Source of the DNA: a virus
Taxonomy: Duplodnaviria; Caudoviricetes
Direction: 5' to 3' (one strand)
DNA length: 38,189 bases
IMG/VR virus record: IMGVR_UViG_3300008255_000064
Span: 1-38,189 of that record
Shown: piece after piece, positions 27,125 to 35,166 of the stretch
Layout of the letters: each line of letters opens with the position of its first letter
Numbering within the stretch: the first letter of the stretch is position 1
Made by a program: the position numbers and the translations under genes
The notes under the pieces: generated by a model
Databases searched by the model: none
What the model was told of the DNA's origin: nothing
What the model saw: the letters and a program-made list of their open reading frames with translations, nothing else

Positions 27125-27531
27125 GGCAGGCGCTGTGCCTTGCTGGCGGTGAGGATAAAGGGCTCGAGGATCTCGGCGGCGATCCGTTCCGCCGTCTTGC
27201 GGTGGAGCTCGACCAGGAGGAACGGCACGCCGCCGTTGTCGTCCATGTGCTGTTCTGCCTCGACGGTGATCCGCCTGCCGTTGAGATCGAACACGGCGAT
27301 CGCGCGGAGTTTGTAGCTCGCCGGATCCTGCTGTGCTTCTAGGTGGCCGCAGAAGCTGTTGGCGGGAAGCGCCATCGCGGCGATGCGATTGGCCTCGGCC
27401 TTTTGCTGCATTTCATTCAGGAGCTTCACGCTCTCGTCAGTGGGTGCGCGGTGTTCGTGAACCTCGCGGGTGACGTATTCGGTGCGCGTCTGTCCTGGCA
27501 GGACGACGACGCTAGGGGATCTGCCGAACAT
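27121..27531 (-). CDS. Hypothetical phage protein
   Basis: EVHEHRAPTDESVKLLNEM; AAGGAG SD; TGATG overlap. Confidence 0.7.
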   Translation of the reverse strand: MFGRSPSVVVLPGQTRTEYVTREVHEHRAPTDESVKLLNEMQQKAEANRIAAMALPANSFCGHLEAQQDPASYKLRAIAVFDLNGRRITVEAEQHMDDNGGVPFLLVELHRKTAERIAAEILEPFILTASKAQRLP

Positions 27532-27749
27532 CAATTCTTCTCCTTGTCGGTTGCTAGGTCTTTCGCGGCCCAGGCGGTTGCCGCGCGGCGGGCTCGCTTG
27601 GCCTCGGGCCACCAATGTTTAAGGCGCAGGAGCTGGGCCTTGTGATCGGCCGGGAGGCGGCCGAAGTGATAGGCGCAGCCCCATTGCCATGCCTCGACCT
27701 TGATCGAGCAGCCGGGCCATCCGCAGGCATGGTGCCGACCGCGCGGCAT
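27531..27749 (-). CDS. Small Cys/His putative Zn-binding protein
   Basis: H.C.WPGC...WGC..H...LP pattern. Confidence 0.65.
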   Translation of the reverse strand: MPRGRHHACGWPGCSIKVEAWQWGCAYHFGRLPADHKAQLLRLKHWWPEAKRARRAATAWAAKDLATDKEKN

Positions 27750-27752
27750 AAG

Positions 27753-27929
27753 TCAGGGCCAGAGCTCGGCGATCGCGGCGATGAATGTCGCGCCGCCGAC
27801 CAGGTAGTAGGCCCATCCCTCGCGCCAGCTCGGCCACCAGGTGCGCCGGCGCGCGCGTGTGCCGATCGGCTTGCCGTCCTGGCCGAGGATCCGCTCGGGC
27901 GAACGCGGTCTGTTGTCGTCTTTAGGCAT
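27753..27929 (-). CDS. Small membrane protein (58 aa)
   Basis: ATG 27929 with AAGGGGG SD; C-terminal hydrophobic helix. Confidence 0.55.
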   Translation of the reverse strand: MPKDDNRPRSPERILGQDGKPIGTRARRRTWWPSWREGWAYYLVGGATFIAAIAELWP

Positions 27930-27959
27930 GGGGATCCCCCTTCCGTTGTCTAACGGGAA

Positions 27960-27994
27960 ACGGTGATGATGCGAAAGTCGGGGCTTGTCAATCC
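27960..27994 (-). promoter_or_regulatory. Leftward sigma70-type promoter in the divergent region
   Basis: Minus-strand TTGACA at 27991-27986; shares GGATTGACA with the promoter at ~37000; -10 is weak. Confidence 0.5.
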
Positions 27995-28019
27995 TGTTGC
28001 CGCGCTGCAAACAAGCGGC

Positions 28020-28298
28020 ATGGCAAAGGGAACGATCGTAACGGAGCTGCGCACCTGGCGGGTTGCGCGTGGTTTGACGCTCGAGGCAGCGGGTGCGCTG
28101 ATCATCGTCGACGGCAAGGCGGCCGATCGGGCAATGTTCCATGCCTGGGAAACCGGGCGCAAGACGCCGCGCCCCGAATGGATCTTCCAGATCGAGCGAG
28201 TGACGGGGGTGCAGCCCAACGCCTTCTATGCACGGCCGGCGCCGTCGCCGGCGAACGATCCGGCACCAATGCCGCCGCGCCAGGCGGTGATGCTGTGA
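28020..28298 (+). CDS. XRE-family HTH, Cro-like regulator
   Basis: LRTWRVARGLTLEAAG...HAWETGRKTPR...IERVTGV.PNAFY; first gene of the rightward replication operon. Confidence 0.82.
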   Translation: MAKGTIVTELRTWRVARGLTLEAAGALIIVDGKAADRAMFHAWETGRKTPRPEWIFQIERVTGVQPNAFYARPAPSPANDPAPMPPRQAVML

Positions 28299-28696
28299 GC
28301 ACCAAGCAACAGGAGCGGGCGGCGAGCGCGATCAAGATCGTGGCAGCGGCGACGCTTTCGGCGCGCGGCGCGACGGCCGAGCAGCGCGAGCTGGCGCAGG
28401 CGGTGCTTGGCTCGACCGAAGCGGCCGAACTGGCCGGCGAGCTCGAGGCGCCGCGCGAGGCCGAGCAGATCGCCGACGCCTTCAACCGGCAGATGGATGC
28501 GGCGATCGACGCCAGCGACCGATCGCGCAAGGCCGACAAGCGATCGACGCGGCGGGCTATCCTGGCGCGCCGCCTCGAGGCGCATGGCCTGGTGCTGATC
28601 GACGCGGCCGAGCTTGCGGGCATGGTTGGCTGGCGGATCGAGCTCGAGCAGATGGCGACGATCACCGAAAGGCCGGGGGCGGTGCCATGCAAATGA
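28295..28696 (+). CDS. Hypothetical protein
   Basis: GTG 28295 (GTGA overlap); Ala-rich helical. Confidence 0.65.
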   Translation: MSTKQQERAASAIKIVAAATLSARGATAEQRELAQAVLGSTEAAELAGELEAPREAEQIADAFNRQMDAAIDASDRSRKADKRSTRRAILARRLEAHGLVLIDAAELAGMVGWRIELEQMATITERPGAVPCK

Positions 28697-28872
28697 GTGC
28701 CGGCCAGATCCCCTGCGTGGGCGAGTTGCCGTTCGAGCCGATCGCGCACCGCCGCTATCGGCAGGGTGAGCGGGCCTTGCCCGGCCGGGTGACGATCAGC
28801 GGCAAGCGGGTTTACCTGGTGACGCCGTGCGGCACGGCGGCGTGGCGGCTAACGAGCGAGGCGTTCGCGTGA
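28693..28872 (+). CDS. Small hypothetical protein
   Basis: ATGA and GTGA overlaps on both sides. Confidence 0.5.
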   Translation: MSAGQIPCVGELPFEPIAHRRYRQGERALPGRVTISGKRVYLVTPCGTAAWRLTSEAFA

Positions 28873-29987
28873 GCCGGATCTACGAGGAGCACCGATCGGG
28901 CAATTACGAGCGGCGGGGGATGATCTCGATCGACGAGCTGAAAGAGCTCGCCAACGGCAACGTGCGCAGCCTGGCGTCGCACCTGCTGCCGAACGGTCGC
29001 GAGAATTGCGGCTTTTGGGAAGTCGGCTCGATCGCCGGCGAGAAGGGGCAGAGCCTCAAGGTCAATCTGACCGGCAACAACCGGGGGCTGTGGACCGATT
29101 TCAGCGCGGCCAAGGGATCGCCCGGCTATTCGGGCAATCTGATCCAGTTGACCGCGCACGTGATGTTCGGCGGCGATGTGGGCGATGCGATCCGATACCT
29201 GAAAAGCTGGCTCGGCATCGACGACATGGATCCCGAGCGGCTCGCCAAAGTCAAGGCGCGGGCGGTGCAGCAAGCGCGCGACCATGCCAAGGAGGCGGCG
29301 AAGGAACGCGAGAAGAAGCGCGCCCGCGCCCATCAATTGTTTCTGTCAGGCGTGCCGATCCCCGGAACGCCTGCCGAAGCCTATCTATGCGAGCGGGGGA
29401 TCGACCTTCGCGGCGCCGGTATGGCGGCGCCTGGTAGCCTGCGGTTCCATCCCGAAGTGTGGTGCGCCGAGGTCCACCGCAAGTTGCCGGCGATGTTGGC
29501 CGCGATCGTCGGGCTCGACGGCCGGCACCTGGGGACGCACCGCACCTATCTGCGCGCGGACGGGCGCGACAAGGCGCAGCTCGGCGAGGCGAAGAAGGCG
29601 CTCGGCAATTTCAAAAGTGGGTTCATTCCGCTATGGAAGGGCGCGCAGCGGTGCTCGATGAAGGATCTGAAGCCAGGCACGCGGATCTATGCGAGCGAGG
29701 GGATCGAGGACGGCTTGAGCGTGGCGCTGGTGCGCCGGCCGGAACGGATAATCGCGGCGGTGAGCTTGTCGAATATCGGCAATCTCGATTTGGCCGATCG
29801 GTGCCCGCTCTACATTCTCGGCCAGCGCGACGAAAAGTTGCAGGCGATCGAGGCGCTTGAGGCGGCGGTCGCACGGCACCAGGAGGCGGGGCGAGAGGTC
29901 TTTCTCGTGACGCCGCCGGAAGGCTTCAAGGATTACAATGCGCCGATCGACCGGCGGGGGAAAGGCAGGGTTCGCGATGGCAAATGA
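28869..29987 (+). CDS. Toprim DNA primase (DUF7146/Toprim_3-like)
   Basis: LLPNG...W.VGS..GE.G.SL.V...GLW.DF; PIPGTPAEAYL..RGI; LRFHP; PAM; HRTYL; SEGIEDGLS; GFKDYN; alternative start 28920. Confidence 0.88.
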   Translation: MSRIYEEHRSGNYERRGMISIDELKELANGNVRSLASHLLPNGRENCGFWEVGSIAGEKGQSLKVNLTGNNRGLWTDFSAAKGSPGYSGNLIQLTAHVMFGGDVGDAIRYLKSWLGIDDMDPERLAKVKARAVQQARDHAKEAAKEREKKRARAHQLFLSGVPIPGTPAEAYLCERGIDLRGAGMAAPGSLRFHPEVWCAEVHRKLPAMLAAIVGLDGRHLGTHRTYLRADGRDKAQLGEAKKALGNFKSGFIPLWKGAQRCSMKDLKPGTRIYASEGIEDGLSVALVRRPERIIAAVSLSNIGNLDLADRCPLYILGQRDEKLQAIEALEAAVARHQEAGREVFLVTPPEGFKDYNAPIDRRGKGRVRDGK

Positions 29988-31758
29988 CGGGGGGTTGCGC
30001 GCGATCGACGGCGCGCTCGGCGAAGCGAAACCGGCGGCTAAGGTGGGCAGATCGAGGAACACGAGCTCTAACCTAAGCGAGGAGCCTGAGTTTCCGTTGC
30101 TGCCGGCGGGGTGCCCGGTGCAGCCATTGGGGAAGCTCGGCCAGGTCTGCTATTTCCTCGACGAGGCGGGCCAGTTGATCGGGCTCGATCCGCAGAAGGT
30201 CGGCAAGAACCATATCCGCAACCTGTTCGGCCGCCGCTCGGACCTGTGCGATGAATACTGGCCGCGCCACAACGACAAGGGCCAGATCAACGGATGGAAA
30301 CCGGAGATCGCCGGCGACCTGTTGATGCGGGCCTGCGCGTGGGAAGGGATCTTCGATCCGCAAGGGCACGTGCGGGGGCGCGGCGCGCACAAGGGCGAGA
30401 ACGGCGAGCTGGTGCTGCACCGGGGCGACAAGGTTTATTTCGCCGGGTGCGAGGCCGCCGGCTATCGAGATCCCGGCCTGATCGACGGTTATGTTTACCC
30501 GACGGCGCCGACGCTGCCGCGCCCGGATCCCGACGACGTGACAAGCGCGCCGGCCGAGCGGCTGCTGATGCTGCTACGCACCTGGCAATGGGCGCGCCCG
30601 TTGATCGACCCGATGCTGCTGCTCGGGTGGATCGGTGCCGCGTTCGTCGGCGGGGCGCTGCTATGGCGCCCGCACGTATGGGTGACGGGATCCAGCGCGA
30701 CCGGCAAATCGACGCTGCAAATGCTGCTCGAGCTGGTGTTCGACGGGGCCGCGCTGCACACGCACGACGCGACCGAGGCGGCGCTGCGCCAGCTCCTCAA
30801 GCAACAGACGTTGCCGGTGTTCTTCGACGAGCTCGAGGCCGAGGAGGACAACCGCCGCAACAAGGCGGTGATCAAGCTCGCTCGCCTGGCCTCGAGCGGC
30901 GCCGTGGTGCTGCGCGGCGGGCAGGATCACCAGGGGCACGAGTTCGTCGCGCGATCGTGCTTCCTGTTCTCCTCGATCCTGCTGCCGCCGATGCTCTCCC
31001 AGGATCGCAACCGCCTGGCGGTGCTCGACCTGAAGCGCCTGCCGCCTGGCGCCGTGCCGCCGCCGCTCGACGAGCAGGAGCTCAACCTGATCGGGCGCCA
31101 GTTCCTCAAGCGCATGGCCGATCAGTGGCACCGCTTCGCCGACACGCTGCACCGCTATCGCGAGGGCCTGGCCGAGCAAGGGCACGGCGGCCGATCGCAG
31201 GATCAGTTCGGTGTGCTGCTCGCGTGCGCGGATATACTGCTCTACGACGAGACGGACGGCGAGGTAGTGCTCGAGCGGTCCGAATGGCTCAAAGCCTCGA
31301 CGCTGGCCGAGAAGGCGCTCGACCTGGCCGACGAGGAGGAGATCGTCGAGTTCCTCGGCAATAGCTTCCTGCCAGCGCAGCGAGGCGGCGACGAGCCCGA
31401 ACCGATAGTGCGCCATGTGCGCGCGGCGCTGGCGCCCGAGGGGGACAAGGCGCGCGAGCGGCTCGAAAACTTCGGCCTGGCCGTCGTGGTCGCGACGCCG
31501 AAAGAGGATGGATCGTGCGGCGCGAAGAAGCGCAAGAGCGAGGCGGTGGCGGATTGCCACCTGGCGATCGCCAACGCGCACGAGGGGCTGACAAAGATCT
31601 TCCGGGAAAAGCGGTGGGCCGAGGGCGTTTGGTCGCAATCGTTCTGTCGCGTCGCCGGCGCGCACGGCCGCGTCAAGGTGCGGTTCGCCGGTGGCAAGGC
31701 GCAATGGGCGACGCTGATCCCGCTGTCGTCGATGCTCGATTTCGCGCCCGAGGAATGA
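29977..31758 (+). CDS. Replicative P-loop NTPase/helicase
   Basis: Walker A TGSSATGKST, Walker B VFFDELE, QDRNRL arginine motif; directly follows the primase. Confidence 0.85.
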   Translation: MANDGGLRAIDGALGEAKPAAKVGRSRNTSSNLSEEPEFPLLPAGCPVQPLGKLGQVCYFLDEAGQLIGLDPQKVGKNHIRNLFGRRSDLCDEYWPRHNDKGQINGWKPEIAGDLLMRACAWEGIFDPQGHVRGRGAHKGENGELVLHRGDKVYFAGCEAAGYRDPGLIDGYVYPTAPTLPRPDPDDVTSAPAERLLMLLRTWQWARPLIDPMLLLGWIGAAFVGGALLWRPHVWVTGSSATGKSTLQMLLELVFDGAALHTHDATEAALRQLLKQQTLPVFFDELEAEEDNRRNKAVIKLARLASSGAVVLRGGQDHQGHEFVARSCFLFSSILLPPMLSQDRNRLAVLDLKRLPPGAVPPPLDEQELNLIGRQFLKRMADQWHRFADTLHRYREGLAEQGHGGRSQDQFGVLLACADILLYDETDGEVVLERSEWLKASTLAEKALDLADEEEIVEFLGNSFLPAQRGGDEPEPIVRHVRAALAPEGDKARERLENFGLAVVVATPKEDGSCGAKKRKSEAVADCHLAIANAHEGLTKIFREKRWAEGVWSQSFCRVAGAHGRVKVRFAGGKAQWATLIPLSSMLDFAPEE

Positions 31759-31964
31759 TCGGAGAACCCGATGCAAGAAATAACTGTCGAAACCAGCGTT
31801 GGGCGGACACCGCCGCCCATTCCACCGATAACACCATCTAGCTCTATGCTGGCAGGTGCGAAGCCGCTGGAGAATGGTGAAAGCGAATGGATTTCGAACA
31901 AGGTAGGCAAGTCCAAGAAGGTCCGCTTGCTTGTTTCTGGCGGCGACATGGGGCCAAAGGAGAT

Positions 31965-32476
31965 CCCGTTTATCCCCTTGACGCATGTGCGTCGCGCCAA
32001 GGCGTGAGTTGAGACTTTAGCTTCTCGAACTCCCTCGAATCACCATTTGTTCTAGCGGCACAAAGCTGCTCAAGGAGGGCCTGATCAAACTTATACACAG
32101 CGCAATGTGGAAATCCGACACCAGTCTTGGGCGCGGTATCTGCGTCAGACGAACTTACGTAGATCAGTTTGCGTGTTTGCCCGGTTATAAACCGGCGCAG
32201 CGGGCGGTCGCCGTAAGCCATTGCAATACAATGCATTTTGAATCCTCCATTTTGGCGCTAAACCATACTGCGCCACCGCGCAGACACTCAAGGGATGATT
32301 TGGTTATGTCCAAATGGTGCGCCGCCCTTAACCATGTTGCGCGGACAGTGGTTTTAGGTTAGACGCGGTTTCAGGACATTTTTTGGAGTGCGTCCCATGA
32401 GTGATGAAACTGCGCAAGCTTCGGGCCAAGGGACGTATCCGACGCCCCCCTACATTGCCTAAAGGGGATAAACGGG
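31965..32476. mobile_element. Non-autonomous IS-derived cassette (MITE/MIC), probably IS1595-family related
   Basis: Perfect 15-bp terminal IRs CCCGTTTATCCCCTT / AAGGGGATAAACGGG; 8-bp TSD AAGGAGAT at 31957-31964 and 32477-32484; lower GC; no transposase. Confidence 0.88.
31970..32236 (-). CDS. Passenger gene of the cassette (88 aa, unknown)
   Basis: GGAGG SD 7 nt before ATG; stop codon lies inside the left IR. Confidence 0.7.
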   Translation of the reverse strand: MHCIAMAYGDRPLRRFITGQTRKLIYVSSSDADTAPKTGVGFPHCAVYKFDQALLEQLCAARTNGDSREFEKLKSQLTPWRDAHASRG

Positions 32477-32562
32477 AAGGAGATTGGCAAACTAATCACG
32501 CTTCTTCAAGCGCAGCAGGCCGTTCTTGAGGATGACGACGAGGACGATTGAGTTAGGAAAAG

Positions 32563-32742
32563 GGGCACCGCCTCCTCGAGCTGCATCCCGACGCGCCGTT
32601 TGCGGCAATTCGTGTCTCGAGCGAGCACGCGATCGCGTTCTCGTTGAGATCAAGCGACGATCGCGAGGACGTCGGTGCGATCGCCAAGGCGTTCGGCGGC
32701 GGCGGACACCGTAACGCGGCCGGCTTTCGCGTTCCAAGGTAA
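32563..32742 (+). pseudogene. C-terminal DHHA1 remnant of a DHH phosphoesterase (NrnB-like)
   Basis: GHRLLELHPDAPFAA...FSLRS.DDREDVGAIAKAFGGGGHRNAAGFRVPR*; no upstream start codon, in-frame TAG at 32554. Confidence 0.82.
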
Positions 32743-32754
32743 GTCGATCGACAA

Positions 32755-32796
32755 TAGACGCGGGCGGCTATGTGCGATTCCGGCATAGTCGCCCGC
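32755..32796 (+). promoter_or_regulatory. 34-bp motif copy within a hairpin
   Basis: TAGACG-CGGG-CGGCTATG-TG-CGATTCC-GG-CATAG-TCGCCCGC. Confidence 0.65.
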
Positions 32797-32958
32797 AGCT
32801 ATTTCGGCCGAGACGAAAAGCGGCCGCCGACGTCGGACGGGGGAAGGGACGTCGGCGGCCTAAGCTGGCTTTGCGGGCGATCGGGAGCGGGGCGTGCTGC
32901 GATCGCCTGGCGCCAGCCTTCCTAATTCAGCGGCCGGCAAGGGGTTCCCGTCAAGGCG

Positions 32959-32993
32959 AAAAAAAGGGGCCGCTCCATTTCGGGGCGGCCCTT
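32959..32993 (-). terminator. Intrinsic terminator of the leftward early operon
   Basis: Minus strand GGGCCGCCCCG-AAAT-GGAGCGGCCCC-TTTTTTT downstream of the resolvase. Confidence 0.75.
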
Positions 32994-33061
32994 GAAGTTG
33001 GGAGAGGATGCCTGAAAGGCGTCTCCCCGATGATGAGCAACCAACATCGGAGAGCCGGCTT

Positions 33062-33676
33062 CTACGCGATCTCCTCGAGCTCGGCAACCTCGGCCGCCTG
33101 CTTGAGCTGCGCCAGGCCGCCGGCCTCCTCGGCGATGCGGTAAAGGTGGGTGCGGCTGATCTCGAGCTCGTCGATCAGGCCGTAGATACCCGCGCCCTGG
33201 GCGAGCTTGTGCTTGATCGCCTCGATCACCTGGTCGCGGTCGATCGTCGGCTTGCGGCCGCGATAGACGCCGGCCTTCTTGGCGCGCTCGATCCCTTCGC
33301 GCTGGCGCTCGCGGCGCAGATCGTTCTCGAACTCGGCGACGGCGCCGAGCACGCCGAACATGAGCTTGCCGGTGGGCGTGGTGGTGTCGATCGCGCCCTG
33401 TTGCAGGCATTGGAACCCGGTGCCGCTGTCATTGAGATCGGCGACGATCGCATAGAGATCGGGCACCGATCGGGCCAGGCGATCGAGGCGGGTGACAACC
33501 AGGACGTCGCCGCGCCGGCAATCGTCGATCGCGCGCTCGAGCTCGATCCGCTCGGCGGTCGAGCGGCCGCTGCGCTTCTCCTGGTAGATCTTCTCGCAGC
33601 CGGCGGCGGTGAGCTGCTCGAGCTGGACATCGAGCGATTGGCCGGTGCTGCTGACGCGGGCGTAGCCGATTTTCAT
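33062..33676 (-). CDS. Small serine recombinase (resolvase/invertase)
   Basis: IGYARVSSTGQSLDVQ, VTRLDRLARS, AEFENDLRRERQREGI, YRGRKP, C-terminal HTH; 204 aa. Confidence 0.95.
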   Translation of the reverse strand: MKIGYARVSSTGQSLDVQLEQLTAAGCEKIYQEKRSGRSTAERIELERAIDDCRRGDVLVVTRLDRLARSVPDLYAIVADLNDSGTGFQCLQQGAIDTTTPTGKLMFGVLGAVAEFENDLRRERQREGIERAKKAGVYRGRKPTIDRDQVIEAIKHKLAQGAGIYGLIDELEISRTHLYRIAEEAGGLAQLKQAAEVAELEEIA

Positions 33677-34098
33677 TGGTCATTCTCCGATAGGTAGGCG
33701 GCGAGCTGGCCGATCGCGCCGCTGGAATAGATGAAGCGCGCCGGATCGAGCCCGGCCATCGCGGCCGCGAGCTGCACGAGCTCGCGGTAGTAGGCGCCGC
33801 CGAACACGAACGGCCGGGGCGCGAGCTCGCCGTGCCGATCGGCGCGGTGGAGCGCGGCGGCGACCTGGCCGCACAAGCGCCGCTGCCCTGGTCGATCGAG
33901 CCGGCGATCGTAGTAGAGGATTGGCTCGTATTCACCGATCAGGCCGTGCTCGGCCGACAAGGCGAAGCCGGGCATTTGCGCGCAGCTCTTGCGGGCGCGG
34001 TAGGTGTGCCAGGCCGGCCCGTTGTAGCGGACGAAAGCCGGGACCGGCATGGGGTCGCGGCGCTTGGTGGCGCTGCTCGCAATGATCACTTGGCGCAT
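33673..34098 (-). CDS. DUF6884/YaaA-like protein
   Basis: II.SS.TK...PA..RYNGP, LSAEHGLI...PI..YD.RL, GG..Y, G.IG motifs. Confidence 0.7.
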   Translation of the reverse strand: MRQVIIASSATKRRDPMPVPAFVRYNGPAWHTYRARKSCAQMPGFALSAEHGLIGEYEPILYYDRRLDRPGQRRLCGQVAAALHRADRHGELAPRPFVFGGAYYRELVQLAAAMAGLDPARFIYSSGAIGQLAAYLSENDQ

Positions 34099-34295
34099 TA
34101 GCGTTGCTCCTCGAAATAGGCCGATCCGGCCGGGGTGATTGTCCAGGTGTAGCGGGCGCTGGTGCCCTCGATCCGCGCGCTCGCGACCAGGCCGAGGGCG
34201 CGCAGACGGTTAAGGCTCGGGTGGTTCCAACGCTCCTCGCGCGGGCGGAATTGCACGCTGCGCAGCACTTGCTCCAGTTGCTTGGTGATCCTCAC
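34098..34295 (-). CDS. Small winged-helix-like protein
   Basis: LNRLRALGLV...WTITPAG..Y pattern; coupled overlaps. Confidence 0.62.
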   Translation of the reverse strand: MRITKQLEQVLRSVQFRPREERWNHPSLNRLRALGLVASARIEGTSARYTWTITPAGSAYFEEQR

Positions 34296-34729
34296 TTGCC
34301 TGCCTCCTTGCGCAGCTCGTGGAACCGGGTGCCGAGCGTGGTGAATAGCTGCTCGACCTGGGCGGGCGTGGCCTGGTCGAAGATCCAGGCGGCGACGTGC
34401 TCGGCCGATCCGCGGTCGATTGCCTTGGCCGCATTGGCGGCCTTGCGCTCGGCCTCGGCGAGCTCGCGCGTGCGGGCGAGCTGCGAGCTCCTGGCGATCG
34501 CCTCGTCGAGCTCGGGATTGCGCTGGTCCGTAAGCTGCGCGACGCGCGGCTGCGCGTGCGAGGGGGCGACTGCAGCATCGCCGCCGGCGTCTATGCTTGA
34601 CGGCGTGCCGCGATCGTTGAGCCAGGCGGCGAGCTCGGCCGGTGAATTGGGGACGTCGACGCGCTCGGCGCCCGCGCCCTGCTGGCCTGGCACCTGCCAG
34701 CCTTCGGGTCCGTGGTATAGCTTGGTCAT
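34292..34729 (-). CDS. Hypothetical protein
   Basis: ATG 34729 with AGGAG SD; VDVP.SPAELAAWLN. Confidence 0.7.
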   Translation of the reverse strand: MTKLYHGPEGWQVPGQQGAGAERVDVPNSPAELAAWLNDRGTPSSIDAGGDAAVAPSHAQPRVAQLTDQRNPELDEAIARSSQLARTRELAEAERKAANAAKAIDRGSAEHVAAWIFDQATPAQVEQLFTTLGTRFHELRKEAGK

Positions 34730-35166
34730 TGCTTGGTGCTCCTGGTTGGGGTGAACGGGTCGATCTCGTGGCCTAGCCGGCCGCGCAGCGCGTGGTATTC
34801 GTCGGCCGGCATCCGGCCGGCCTCGCGATCCTCCTTTATCCATTGATCCATAAGCTGCCGCGATATGCGGCGGGCGCTCTTGCCCGCGCCCTTGTCGCGT
34901 GCCGATCCGTCGCGGGTGATGCGCGCAGCCATCGCGACGGCGGTCAAGCGGCGGCCGCGCACGGTCATGCGGTTGGCGTGGGCGATCCGGTGCTCGGCGC
35001 AGCAAAACATATTGCTATTCGCGGCGGCCTGGTTGGCGGCGACCGGCGCAAGGCACTCTGGACAGCGCCTCGAGCCGGGCGCGCCGGGTTCCGGGGTGGC
35101 GGGGCTTGAAGGCATGGCTTTGCGCTCCTGGGCCGTTCTAGCGGGGCCATGTAACACGGCGGTCAT
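34726..35166 (-). CDS. Putative Zn-finger protein
   Basis: CPEC...FCCAEH; ATGA overlaps. Confidence 0.68.
   Translation of the reverse strand: MTAVLHGPARTAQERKAMPSSPATPEPGAPGSRRCPECLAPVAANQAAANSNMFCCAEHRIAHANRMTVRGRRLTAVAMAARITRDGSARDKGAGKSARRISRQLMDQWIKEDREAGRMPADEYHALRGRLGHEIDPFTPTRSTKQ

Larger units (their letters stand above)
31771..32551 (+). pseudogene. Hypothetical gene split by a 512-bp insertion
   Basis: Removing the element and one TSD joins ...GDMGPKEI to GKLITLLQAQQAVLEDDDEDD* (TGA 32549-32551) in frame. Confidence 0.8.

Noticed and set aside
3035-31986. Long antisense or alternative-frame ORFs (e.g. 3035..4489, 9776..11263, 12250..14139, 20108..21916, 22936..24300, 30661..31986)
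   Set aside because: Shadow ORFs expected in high-GC DNA over well-supported genes; Arg/Pro-rich with no motifs
33263-33280. Extra motif copies at ~33264 (+) and ~35762 (-)
   Set aside because: Only TAGACG and a few more bases match; no CTATG or GANTC core
33062-33676. Tn3-family transposon or large serine integrase
   Set aside because: No transposase or 38-bp IRs; the protein lacks recombinase and Zn-ribbon domains
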